Shown one piece after another: positions 7,575 to 15,951 of a stretch of DNA of 32,000 bases (the stretch's first letter is position 1; each line of letters opens with the position of its first letter). Under the pieces are notes generated by a model. That model was not told where the DNA came from. It searched no databases and worked only from the letters and a program-made list of their open reading frames with translations. This DNA is from Schaalia odontolytica (GTDB lineage Bacteria; Actinomycetota; Actinomycetes; Actinomycetales; Actinomycetaceae): NCBI RefSeq assembly GCF_005696695.1, contig NZ_CP040006.1, positions 690,001 to 722,000 on the forward strand, written 5' to 3'. The position numbers were made by a program, and so were the translations under genes.

Positions 7575-8690
7575 ATGAGCGTCAACGTTGGAATGGTCGT
7601 CGAGCAAATGTGGCAGCCGGTGCCCGGAGGATCGGGCCGGTACATCATCGAGGTCGCCGCCCGTCTGGCAGACCAGGGCGTGCGTGCTATCGGTATCGCC
7701 GCACGGCGCGGTGCGGGCGAGCCCACACCGAACGAGGTGGGCCTGACCATCCCCGTGCTTAACTCGGCGCTGCCTCGCCGCGCCCTGTACGCGGCGTGGG
7801 ACCGACTGGGTACCCCCAGCGTGGATCGGATGCTCGGCGTCGGTTCGGGTGGGGGAGCGGATGTCGTGCACGCGACCACCTGGGCGATCCCGCCGACCTC
7901 GCGCCCCCTGGCCGTCACCGTCCACGACGTCGCCTTCCTGCGCGACCCCGACCACTTCACGACCCACGGGTCGGCCTACTTCCACCGCGCCCTCGAGATC
8001 ACGAGGAAGCGTGCAGACGCGATCATCGTGCCCTCGCAGGCCACCGCCGACGACTGTGTCGAAGCGGGCTTGGACGCCTCGCGCATCACCGTCATCCCGC
8101 ACGGCCTGAGCCACACTCCCGTCACCGATGCGCAGGTGGAGGAGTTCCGCTCCCGCCACGGCCTCGAACGCCCCTACGTCCTGTGGGTCGGCACCCGTGA
8201 GCCCCGCAAGAACCTGCCCACCCTGCTCGCGGCCTACGAGCAGCTACAGGGCACCGACCTCGACCTCGTCCTCGTGGGGCCCGCCGGATGGGGAAGCGAC
8301 CCCACCGACGCGCCGCTTCCCGCCGGGCGCGTTCACGTCCTCGGACGTCTCGACGACACTGACCTGGCCTGCGCGTACGCGGGTGCGCGCGTCTTCACCT
8401 TCCCTTCGATCTGGGAGGGCTTCGGCCTGCCCGTCCTCGAGGCCATGGCGCACGGAACGCCCGTCGTGACCAGCGCGGACACGTGCATGGCGGAGATTAC
8501 GGGCGCCGACGCCGGTCTCCTCGTGCCGGCCACCGACGCCTCGGCCCTGGCCGAAGCCCTTGAGGCAGCTGCCGGCAGCGAGCACGACCGGCTCGCCGCC
8601 GCCGGTATCGAGCGCGCCCGCGACTACACGTGGGAGGCCTCCGCCGCCGCTCACGCCGCCATCTACGCGTCCCTGGCAGGTGACCGATGA
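7575..8690 (+). CDS. GT4-family glycosyltransferase
   Basis: Track ORF 6675..8690 trimmed to ATG 7575 (MSVNVGMVVEQMWQPVPGGSGRYIIEVAARL; ATG 7593 is an alternative). Signature EGFGLPVLEAMAHGTPVVTS. Divergent from 6312..7475 across a 99-nt gap. Confidence 0.85.
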   Translation: MSVNVGMVVEQMWQPVPGGSGRYIIEVAARLADQGVRAIGIAARRGAGEPTPNEVGLTIPVLNSALPRRALYAAWDRLGTPSVDRMLGVGSGGGADVVHATTWAIPPTSRPLAVTVHDVAFLRDPDHFTTHGSAYFHRALEITRKRADAIIVPSQATADDCVEAGLDASRITVIPHGLSHTPVTDAQVEEFRSRHGLERPYVLWVGTREPRKNLPTLLAAYEQLQGTDLDLVLVGPAGWGSDPTDAPLPAGRVHVLGRLDDTDLACAYAGARVFTFPSIWEGFGLPVLEAMAHGTPVVTSADTCMAEITGADAGLLVPATDASALAEALEAAAGSEHDRLAAAGIERARDYTWEASAAAHAAIYASLAGDR

Positions 8691-9679
8691 GGGCGCGCAG
8701 CGCGAGGGTCATCCTCGTCAACTGGAAGAACGCGCCGCTCACCCTGCGCGCCGCCCACTCCATCGCCCCGCAGATGGGGGAGGGGGACCACCTCGTCATC
8801 GTCGACAATGGATCCGACGACGACTCGCTCATCGTCCTGCGCGAGGGACTCGACGAGCTGCGCGGCGCCGCCGATCCCGCGCGCGTCTCCCTCGTCAACG
8901 CCGGGACGAACGACGGCTTCGGCGCCGGCGTCATGGCCGGAGCGGCCGGCCTGAGCGAAGATGCCGTCGTCCTACTCAACAACGACGCGACCGTGCGCGA
9001 CGGATTCCTCGACGCGCTCCTGGAGCCCCTGAGCGGGACCGTGGGAGCCACGACGGCCCTCATCTTGCTGACCGGCACCTGGCGTCCCTCCGCCCCCTCC
9101 GACACGGAGTTCCTCGTCGCCCGCGACGGCAGCCGCTGGACGCGCGTCGCCGACGGAGACAGCGGCGGGCAGGTCCTCATCAACTCCACCGGCAACGAGG
9201 TCGATCACGCAGGCAACGGCTACGACCGCTCCTGGCTGGACCCCGCCAACTCCCCGCTGCCCGCCCCCGAGGTCTTCGGCCTGTGCGGCGGCGCCTGCGC
9301 GATCGACGCCGACGCGTGGCGAGCTGTCGGGGGAGTGCGCACCGACCTGTTCATGTACTACGAGGACACCGACCTGTCCTACAAGCTGCGTGAGGCCGGG
9401 TACGAGGTGCGCTTCGTCGCCGGTGCCGTCGTCGACCATGAGCACGCGGCCTCCTCGGGCACGTCCTCGCCCATGTTCCTGCGGGTCAACGCGCGCAACC
9501 GCATCATCGTCGCCGCCCAGCACGCCCCCTGGGGCGTCGTCGCACGTGCCATCGCCCGCTCGATTGCTCGGGCGGTGCGCTCGGGTGGACGGGGACCGGT
9601 CGCCCGCGGAGTCCTCCAGGGGCTCCTCGCCCTGCCCCGCGCGCTGCGCCACCGCACCGCGCTGCCTCCCCGACGATAG
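8687..9679 (+). CDS. GT2-family glycosyltransferase (WbbL/rhamnosyltransferase-like)
   Basis: 330 aa. ATG overlaps the upstream stop (ATGA). Motifs: VILVNWKN, IVDNGSDDDS, NAGTNDGFGAGV, LLNNDATV, YYEDTDLSYKLREAGY. Confidence 0.8.
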   Translation: MRARSARVILVNWKNAPLTLRAAHSIAPQMGEGDHLVIVDNGSDDDSLIVLREGLDELRGAADPARVSLVNAGTNDGFGAGVMAGAAGLSEDAVVLLNNDATVRDGFLDALLEPLSGTVGATTALILLTGTWRPSAPSDTEFLVARDGSRWTRVADGDSGGQVLINSTGNEVDHAGNGYDRSWLDPANSPLPAPEVFGLCGGACAIDADAWRAVGGVRTDLFMYYEDTDLSYKLREAGYEVRFVAGAVVDHEHAASSGTSSPMFLRVNARNRIIVAAQHAPWGVVARAIARSIARAVRSGGRGPVARGVLQGLLALPRALRHRTALPPRR

Positions 9680-9685
9680 GGGAGT

Positions 9686-9705
9686 CGGCCTCGTGGACGA
9701 GGCCG
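9686..9705 (+). terminator. GC-rich hairpin after the GT2 gene (8-bp stem, 4-nt loop, no U-tract)
   Basis: CGGCCTCG-TGGA-CGAGGCCG, 7 nt after the stop at 9679. No T-run follows, so it may attenuate or stabilise mRNA rather than terminate fully. Confidence 0.3.
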
Positions 9706-9764
9706 GGGCCGATGGGTGCGTCACGGCACACAACGCGGGGCGGAGCTGCGTAGCGCCTACGCCT

Positions 9765-9773
9765 TGATAGACT
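9765..9773 (+). promoter_or_regulatory. Extended -10 promoter element TGATAGACT; predicts a leaderless mRNA starting at ATG 9781
   Basis: TGnTAnnnT match. The last base of the hexamer is 7 nt before the A of ATG 9781. No Shine-Dalgarno sequence is present in 9774..9780. Confidence 0.4.
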
Positions 9774-9780
9774 GACTGAC

Positions 9781-10632
9781 ATGGTGAAGACTGTCCTCGT
9801 TACCGGAGCCGGTGGCTACATTGGCCGCCACATTGTTCACGCCCTGCTGGAGCGCGGCCTCGACGTCAGCGTCGTCGACTTCCGCCTCGACGGTGTCGAC
9901 GAGCGCGCGCGCCGCATCGACACCCAGATTTTCAGCGGAGACGCTGACATCTACGACCAGCTCGGACGCCCGGACGTGGTCCTGCACCTCGCGTGGCGCG
10001 ACGGCTTTGTGCACAACTCGCCGGCCCACATCGAGGACCTGCCCGCGCACTACCGCTTCATCGAGAACCTCCTCGAGGGCGGCTGCACCCACCTGGCCGT
10101 CATGGGTTCCATGCACGAGGTCGGCTACTGGGAGGGCGCCATCGACGAAAACTCCCCGTGCAACCCCGCCTCGCTGTACGGCATCTCCAAGAACGCGCTG
10201 CGACAGATCACGTCGCTGCTGACCGCCAAGCACGGCGCGACCATGCAGTGGCTGCGCGGCTACTACATCGTCGGCGACGACGCGCACGGCTCCTCGATCT
10301 TCTCCAAGCTCCTGGCCGCCGCCCAGGAAGGCAAGAAGACCTTCCCCTTCACCACGGGCAAGAACCTCTACGACTTCATCTCCATCCAGGGACTGGCCTA
10401 CCAGATCGCGGCCGCCGTCTCCCAGGACGAGGTCACCGGCATCATCAACATCTGCAGCGGCGAGCCGATGAGCCTCGCCGACCGCGTCGAGGCCTACATC
10501 CGCGAGAACAACCTGGACATCGCCCTCGAGTACGGGGCCTTCCCGGATCGTCCCTACGATTCGCCCGGAGTGTGGGGCGACGCCACGAAGATCCGCCAGA
10601 TCCTGGCCACCGTCGACGGCACGGGGGAGTAA
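9781..10632 (+). CDS. NAD(P)-dependent epimerase/dehydratase-family SDR (probable nucleotide-6-deoxyhexose 4-reductase/epimerase)
   Basis: 283 aa. Rossmann motif VLVTGAGGYIGRHIV and catalytic YxxxK as LYGISKNAL. Its size and position in a rhamnose-type cluster resemble RmlD/Tll-type reductases. Exact specificity cannot be assigned. Confidence 0.75.
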   Translation: MVKTVLVTGAGGYIGRHIVHALLERGLDVSVVDFRLDGVDERARRIDTQIFSGDADIYDQLGRPDVVLHLAWRDGFVHNSPAHIEDLPAHYRFIENLLEGGCTHLAVMGSMHEVGYWEGAIDENSPCNPASLYGISKNALRQITSLLTAKHGATMQWLRGYYIVGDDAHGSSIFSKLLAAAQEGKKTFPFTTGKNLYDFISIQGLAYQIAAAVSQDEVTGIINICSGEPMSLADRVEAYIRENNLDIALEYGAFPDRPYDSPGVWGDATKIRQILATVDGTGE

Positions 10633-10636
10633 GGCC

Positions 10637-12499
10637 GTGAAGCGCGCCGGTATTTTCCTGTTCTTTGATCCCCAGGGCCTCGTCGATGACTACATCGTGG
10701 AGTGCCTGACCTCGCTGCGCGAGTACCTTGATGAGATCCTCGTCGTTTCCAACTCTCCTCTGGACGACACTGCTCGTGAGCGCCTCCTCAAGGGCGCCAC
10801 CGAGGTCTTCGAGCGCGAAAACACCGGCTTCGACGTGGGCGGCTACCGCGACGGCATCGCCCGCTTCGGCTGGGACCGCCTCGGCCAGATCGACGAGCTG
10901 ATCCTCTTCAACTACACCTTCTTCGCACCCGTCAACCCGTGGAAGAACCTCTTCGACCGCGTGGACGCCGCCGGAGCTGTGGACTTCTGGGGCATCACCG
11001 AACACGACGAGGTGCGCCCCCACCCCTTCCTGGCAGCCACCCGCATGCCGCGCCACATCCAGTCCCACTGGATCGCCGTGCGCAACCCGCTGCTCAGCTC
11101 CCCGGACTTCCGCAAGTACTGGGACGAGATGCCCCCGATCCGCTCCTACAACGACTCGATCCAGTGGCACGAGTCGCGCTTCACGGAGTACTTCGGCAAC
11201 CTCGGCTACACGCACGTCGTGGCCTACCCGCGCGAGGACTACCCGTCGCGCAACCCCGTCTTCGACAACGCCTCGATGCTGCTCGCGGACGGCTGCCCGA
11301 TCCTCAAGCGCCGCAACCTCTTCCACGACCCGCTCTACCTGGACCGCCACGCGATCATCGGCGCGGACATGCTGGAGCTGGCGGAAAAGGCCGGCTACGA
11401 CACCGACCTGATCCTCACGAACCTCGCGCGCACCTCGCGTCCGCGTGACCTCGTGACCAACGCGGGCCTGACGACGGTCATCTCCCCGCGCGCCGACCAG
11501 GCCACCCTGGACGCCGCCGCCTCCCTGAAGGTCCTCGCGGTCGCACACATCTTCTACGCCGACATGGCCGACGAGATCCTCGACCGCCTGAGCGTCCTGC
11601 CCGACGGCTACCACCTGGTGGCCACGACCTCGAACGAGGAGAACAAGGCCCTTATCGAGGCACGCGCCCAGGAACGGGGCGTGGACGCCGACGTGCGCGT
11701 CGTGTCCTCCAACCGCGGCCGCGACATCGGCGCGTTCCTGGTGGATTGTGGCGACGTGCTCACCTCCGGCGAGTACGACATCGTCGTGAAGATCCACTCC
11801 AAGAAGTCCGTCCAGGACGACTACAACGCCGCCCAGCTTTTCAAGGAGCACCTCTACGACAACCTGCTGGCTTCCTCCGATCACGTGGCCGGCATCCTCG
11901 CCGAGTTCGCCGCCCACCCGGGCCTGGGCATGGCGATCGCACCCATGCCGCACATGGGCTACCCGACGATGGGCCACGCGTGGTTCGCGAACCGCGCCCC
12001 CGCCCGCGAGTTCGCCAAGAAGGTCGGCATCACCGTCCCCTTCGACGACCACCAGCCGCTGGCCCCCTACGGCTCCATGTTCATCGCGCGCCCGGAGGCC
12101 CTGTCCCTGCTGACCGGCGCGGGCCTCGTCCCCGAGGACTTCCCGGAAGAAGGCGGCTACAAGGACGGCTCCCTGGCGCACGTCATCGAGCGCCTCCTGT
12201 CCTACGCGGTCCTGTCGCGCGGCTACTACGTGCGCCCCGTCATGACCCCGAAGTGGGCGGGCGTGTACTACGGCTACCTCGAGTACAAGCTGGCGGCGAC
12301 CTCGTCGATGATGCCCGCCTTCGCGATCGACCAGGTGCCCTTCCTGAAGGCGCGCATGGGCGCGGTCCCGAACCTGCTGGGCGCCGTCAAGACCAACATC
12401 ATGGTGCGCACGCCCGGACTGGGGAACGCGCTCAAGCCGGCGTACCGCGCGGCCCGCGGAGTCGCCCACAAGATCCGATCCATGAAGGGTGAGCGATGA
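10637..12499 (+). CDS. Rhamnan synthesis protein F (RgpF) family glycosyltransferase
   Basis: 620 aa with a GTG start 4 nt after the SDR stop. The N-terminal block AGIFLFFDPQGLVDDYIVECL...ERENTGFDVGGYRDGI...DFWGIT and the duplicated domain organisation match my recollection of the RgpF family. Confidence 0.75.
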   Translation: MKRAGIFLFFDPQGLVDDYIVECLTSLREYLDEILVVSNSPLDDTARERLLKGATEVFERENTGFDVGGYRDGIARFGWDRLGQIDELILFNYTFFAPVNPWKNLFDRVDAAGAVDFWGITEHDEVRPHPFLAATRMPRHIQSHWIAVRNPLLSSPDFRKYWDEMPPIRSYNDSIQWHESRFTEYFGNLGYTHVVAYPREDYPSRNPVFDNASMLLADGCPILKRRNLFHDPLYLDRHAIIGADMLELAEKAGYDTDLILTNLARTSRPRDLVTNAGLTTVISPRADQATLDAAASLKVLAVAHIFYADMADEILDRLSVLPDGYHLVATTSNEENKALIEARAQERGVDADVRVVSSNRGRDIGAFLVDCGDVLTSGEYDIVVKIHSKKSVQDDYNAAQLFKEHLYDNLLASSDHVAGILAEFAAHPGLGMAIAPMPHMGYPTMGHAWFANRAPAREFAKKVGITVPFDDHQPLAPYGSMFIARPEALSLLTGAGLVPEDFPEEGGYKDGSLAHVIERLLSYAVLSRGYYVRPVMTPKWAGVYYGYLEYKLAATSSMMPAFAIDQVPFLKARMGAVPNLLGAVKTNIMVRTPGLGNALKPAYRAARGVAHKIRSMKGER

Positions 12500-13767
12500 G
12501 CCTGGCCTCCACGATCCGGGCTGCGGCCCCTCACACGCCCCAGTCCGTCGCGCAGGCATTCAACTCCAGGTCCAACTCGATCGGGTTTTTGCGCTGGCTG
12601 ATGGCCTTCATGGTCATCTTCTCGCATGCCGGACCGATCGCCGGATTCTACGGCGGCGAGGACCTGGGCGTGCAGATCTCCAAGGAGCAGTCCATCGGTG
12701 GCGTCGCCGTCGCAGGATTCTTCTTTTTCTCGGGCTTCCTGATCACGCGCTCGCGCATGGGACGCGCGACGATCTGGCGCTACATGTGGCGCCGCGTCCT
12801 GCGAATTTTCCCGGCCTTCTGGGCGGCCCTGCTCTTCACGGTCGGCATCCTCGCGCCGATCGCGTACTGGCACACGTTCCACAACATCTCCGGATACCTG
12901 CACCCGGCCACCGAGTCCCCACTCACGTACTTTGTGAACAACATGTGGCTGAACCTGGGCCAGCGCAATATCGCCGGCATGGGCGAGAACCTGCCGTACT
13001 ACATCTTGCACGGCGCCCGTGACTGGAACGGCTCGGCCTGGACACTCATCTACGAGTTCAAGGCCTACATCCTGGTGGCGATCCTCGGCCTGTTCGGAGC
13101 GCTCGCGAACCGCAAGGTCGGCGGCGCCTTCGCCCTCGTGCTGATCGCCCTCAACGCTCTGCAGTGGATGGGCGCGGGTCAGGTCTCCAACGTCAACTAC
13201 CTGCTGCGCGACCCCTACATGCTGATGTTCATGGGCCCCTTCGCCTTCGGCATGCTGTTCACGCTCTACGGCGACAAGATCCCCATGGACTCGCGCCTGG
13301 CGTGGGGCGGCCTCATCTTCGGAGTGCTCTCCTACGCGTCGGGCGGCTGGAACATCGTCGGCCAGTACGGTTTCCTGTACTTCCTCATGTACCTGGCGAT
13401 TCGCCTGCCCCTGCAGAACTGGGAGAAGCACGGCGACCTGTCCTACGGCATCTACATCTACGCATGGCCGATCATGGCGTTCGCCGCCTACTTCCACCTG
13501 CAGGATCGTGGCTGGATCGCCTACCACCTGACGGTTGTCGTGACCGTGCACATCCTGGCCTACCTGTCGTGGCACCTCATCGAGAAGCCTGCGATGAGCC
13601 TGAAGAACTATCTGCCGCGCTGGATGGATAAGCTCATTGAGCACTTCCGTCCCACGTACGAGGCCGTGGCCCGCCGCATCGTCACGCCGGCCCTGTCCTC
13701 GACCAGGATTGCGACGGTCATGGAGGCCGAAGAGGCGGCCGCACGCAGCGAGGAGGAGACCAAGTGA
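12496..13767 (+). CDS. Acyltransferase-3 (AT3) family integral membrane O-acyltransferase
   Basis: 423 aa. ATGA overlap with the RgpF-family gene. N-terminal AT3 signature NSIGFLRWLMAFMVIFSHAG, about 10 TM segments, and a charged cytoplasmic tail. Confidence 0.8.
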   Translation: MSLASTIRAAAPHTPQSVAQAFNSRSNSIGFLRWLMAFMVIFSHAGPIAGFYGGEDLGVQISKEQSIGGVAVAGFFFFSGFLITRSRMGRATIWRYMWRRVLRIFPAFWAALLFTVGILAPIAYWHTFHNISGYLHPATESPLTYFVNNMWLNLGQRNIAGMGENLPYYILHGARDWNGSAWTLIYEFKAYILVAILGLFGALANRKVGGAFALVLIALNALQWMGAGQVSNVNYLLRDPYMLMFMGPFAFGMLFTLYGDKIPMDSRLAWGGLIFGVLSYASGGWNIVGQYGFLYFLMYLAIRLPLQNWEKHGDLSYGIYIYAWPIMAFAAYFHLQDRGWIAYHLTVVVTVHILAYLSWHLIEKPAMSLKNYLPRWMDKLIEHFRPTYEAVARRIVTPALSSTRIATVMEAEEAAARSEEETK

Positions 13768-15068
13768 GCGAGAAGAAGGCCGCCGGCCAGTTCAAGGAAT
13801 CCGAGTCCGGTCTGCGCGACGTCTCCTTTGACGAGGGGGTTCCCGCCGGCTCATGGAAGCGCCGCCTCCACTACGTGCCCCTCGCCGTTCTCCTTGCGGG
13901 CGCGTGTGCGGCCACCGGCGTGGGCACCTGGTACAAGGTCACCCACCCCGCTCCTCAGCCAGCTGCGGCACCCGCTGCCCAGGCCTCGTCCTTCGCGCGC
14001 ACCACGCCCCAGTCCCTGCCCGAGGTCTGCGCCCCCACCCCGCGCGCCGACGTGGGCCCGTGGACGCCCGGCGTGGCCGGCACCGCGGGCTACCTGCCCA
14101 CGGACGCCGCCCAGGCCTCGTTCGAGCAGTCCATGACCGGCGTGACCACGTATGTTCAGGGCCGCGACGGCTACCTGTTCCTCTCCGACGTCTTCAACGC
14201 GAACTTCTCCCAGGCGCTGGGCCGCGTGCGCCCCACCCCCGAGCAGGTGAGCGCGTGGGACCGCTACATGAGCGGCATCGAGACCGCCGCGAGCGAGCAG
14301 GGCGCGACCGCGCTGTTTGTGCCCGCCCCGGCCACGTGGGACGTCTACTCCGACAAGCTGCCCCAGTGGGCCGACCCGCTGATGGGCACGACCTCCCTGG
14401 ATCTCATGCGCTCGGCGCTGCCCGCCCACGCGTGGGTGGACGTGCGCGAGGGCCTGCGCGAGGCCCGCGAGGGGAGCGAGGCACCGCTGTACTCGGCGGT
14501 CAACCCCCACTGGTCGCCCTACGCCGCGCACGTCGCGTGGAACCAGACGCTGTCCTGCCTGGCCGCGGTCAACCCGCAGCTTGAGGGCCTGCCCTCCCTG
14601 ACGCCGTCCGGCGTGAGCGGCGTGGACGCCCCCAACGAGTACGAGGCCCTGGGAGCCCCCGCCCAGGCGGGGCCGTGGGCGGTCCCCACATACGAGCAGG
14701 ACCCGGGCAGCGTTCACCTCCTGCAGCTGGAGAGCCGCGACGATCTGGCCGACACCGCCGCGCGCCTGGCCGAGGTGACGGGCGCCCCCGAGGTGTCCCT
14801 GGCCAGCCCCGTCGACTTCCAGAACAAGCCGGCGCTCACCTACAACCCGAACGGACGCGGCACCGCGCTCATCGTGCGTGACTCCCAGGGCAACAACCTG
14901 GGACCCGACGTGGCCGCGACCTTCGAGTACACGATCCAGGTCGGCCACGCCCTCGACTCCGAGCAGCCGACGGACGTCGCCGCCCTCATCGAGGCCTACA
15001 AGCCCAGCGTCGTGATCGTGGAGTTCACGCAGCGCTACCTCGCGCTCACGCCGGCCGCAGGCAAGTAG
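13764..15068 (+). CDS. Membrane-anchored extracytoplasmic AlgJ/AlgX-like (SGNH-like) O-acetyltransferase partner
   Basis: 434 aa. GTG start overlaps the AT3 stop (GTGA), with AGGAGGAG upstream. One N-terminal TM segment (YVPLAVLLAGACAATGVGTWY). Motifs resembling AlgJ/AlgX: GRDGYLFLSD, VPAPATWDVYSDKLP, NPHWSPYAA (canonical D.HW) and LIVRDSQGNNL (canonical GDSF). Confidence 0.55.
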   Translation: MSEKKAAGQFKESESGLRDVSFDEGVPAGSWKRRLHYVPLAVLLAGACAATGVGTWYKVTHPAPQPAAAPAAQASSFARTTPQSLPEVCAPTPRADVGPWTPGVAGTAGYLPTDAAQASFEQSMTGVTTYVQGRDGYLFLSDVFNANFSQALGRVRPTPEQVSAWDRYMSGIETAASEQGATALFVPAPATWDVYSDKLPQWADPLMGTTSLDLMRSALPAHAWVDVREGLREAREGSEAPLYSAVNPHWSPYAAHVAWNQTLSCLAAVNPQLEGLPSLTPSGVSGVDAPNEYEALGAPAQAGPWAVPTYEQDPGSVHLLQLESRDDLADTAARLAEVTGAPEVSLASPVDFQNKPALTYNPNGRGTALIVRDSQGNNLGPDVAATFEYTIQVGHALDSEQPTDVAALIEAYKPSVVIVEFTQRYLALTPAAGK

Positions 15069-15096
15069 AATAGATTTCCTGACCACGACAGAAGCG

Positions 15097-15951
15097 ATGG
15101 GAGTAGCCGTGTCTGAGACGAAACGGGTCATTGACCTGACGATGCGCATGGCGCAGCGCTCGATCTCCTCGGAGTTCAAGGGCACCGCGCTCGGCCGCCT
15201 GTGGTCCTTCATCAACCCGATCGCCACGATCGCCGTGTACGCGCTGATCTTCGGCGTCGTCTTCCGAGGCGAGGCCGACAAGGGCGTGAACTCGGGTCTG
15301 TCCTCCTTCGCGCTGTGGATCGGCGTAGGCGTCATCGCCTGGAACTTCATGTCGAGCGGTATCCAGCGCGGCATGGACTCCCTCGTGGGTAACTCCGGCC
15401 TGCTCACCAAGGTCTACTTCCCGCGTCAGGTCCTCATCTACTCCTCGGTGCTGGCCCTGGCCTACGACTTCGCCTTCGAGCTGGGCGTCATCATCCTCAT
15501 CATGTGCATCGCCGGCGGCCCCGGCGTGCTGCTCATGATCCCCGCGGTCATCGTGATCACGCTGCTCGCGATGCTCTTCGTGATCGGCATGGGCCTCATC
15601 TTGTCGGTTGCCTCGGTCTACTTCCGCGACATCTCGCACCTGTGGCAGATCTTCAACCAGATCTGGATGTACGCCTCCGGCGTCGTCTTCTCCCTGTCGA
15701 TGCTCAACAAGGTCCAGACCGACCTGGCGGCCAAGGGCTGGACCTGGGGAGGCGAGCCGCTTCCAATCGTCACGATCTTCCGTCTCAACCCCGCCGAGCT
15801 CTTCCTTGAGGCCTACCGCTCGACGCTGTACGGCTTCGCGATGCCGTCCTGGCAGGTGTGGCTCGGCTGCGCCGCCTGGGCATTCGGCATCTTCGGCCTC
15901 GGCTCGCTGATCTTCCGCCGCTTCTCGGCACGAATCGTGGAGGAACTCTGA
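15097..15951 (+). CDS. ABC-2 type polysaccharide export permease (Wzm/RgpC/TagG-like)
   Basis: 284 aa with 6 predicted TM segments. N-terminal LTMRMAQRSISSEFKGTALGRLWSFINP is typical of ABC-2 glycan exporters. Its stop overlaps the ATPase start (TGATG). Confidence 0.85.
   Translation: MGVAVSETKRVIDLTMRMAQRSISSEFKGTALGRLWSFINPIATIAVYALIFGVVFRGEADKGVNSGLSSFALWIGVGVIAWNFMSSGIQRGMDSLVGNSGLLTKVYFPRQVLIYSSVLALAYDFAFELGVIILIMCIAGGPGVLLMIPAVIVITLLAMLFVIGMGLILSVASVYFRDISHLWQIFNQIWMYASGVVFSLSMLNKVQTDLAAKGWTWGGEPLPIVTIFRLNPAELFLEAYRSTLYGFAMPSWQVWLGCAAWAFGIFGLGSLIFRRFSARIVEEL

Noticed and set aside
7476-8159. N-terminal 228 codons of the 615-aa minus-strand ORF (6312..8159).
   Set aside because: It is antisense to GT4 gene 7575..8690, with low-complexity R/G/D/V-rich sequence. 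The GT4 domain begins at MGMIVAHF (7475).
10445-12559. 704-aa minus-strand ORF opposite the RgpF-family gene.
   Set aside because: It is a shadow ORF. It has V/G/R/A/D-rich composition and no motifs, and the plus-strand frame carries the RgpF-like blocks and is translationally coupled to its neighbours.
12274-15410. Minus-strand ORFs 12274..13644 (456 aa) and 13851..15410 (519 aa).
   Set aside because: They are antisense to the AT3, AlgJ-like and permease genes. They are low-complexity, G/R/V/A/H-rich translations that cross real gene boundaries.
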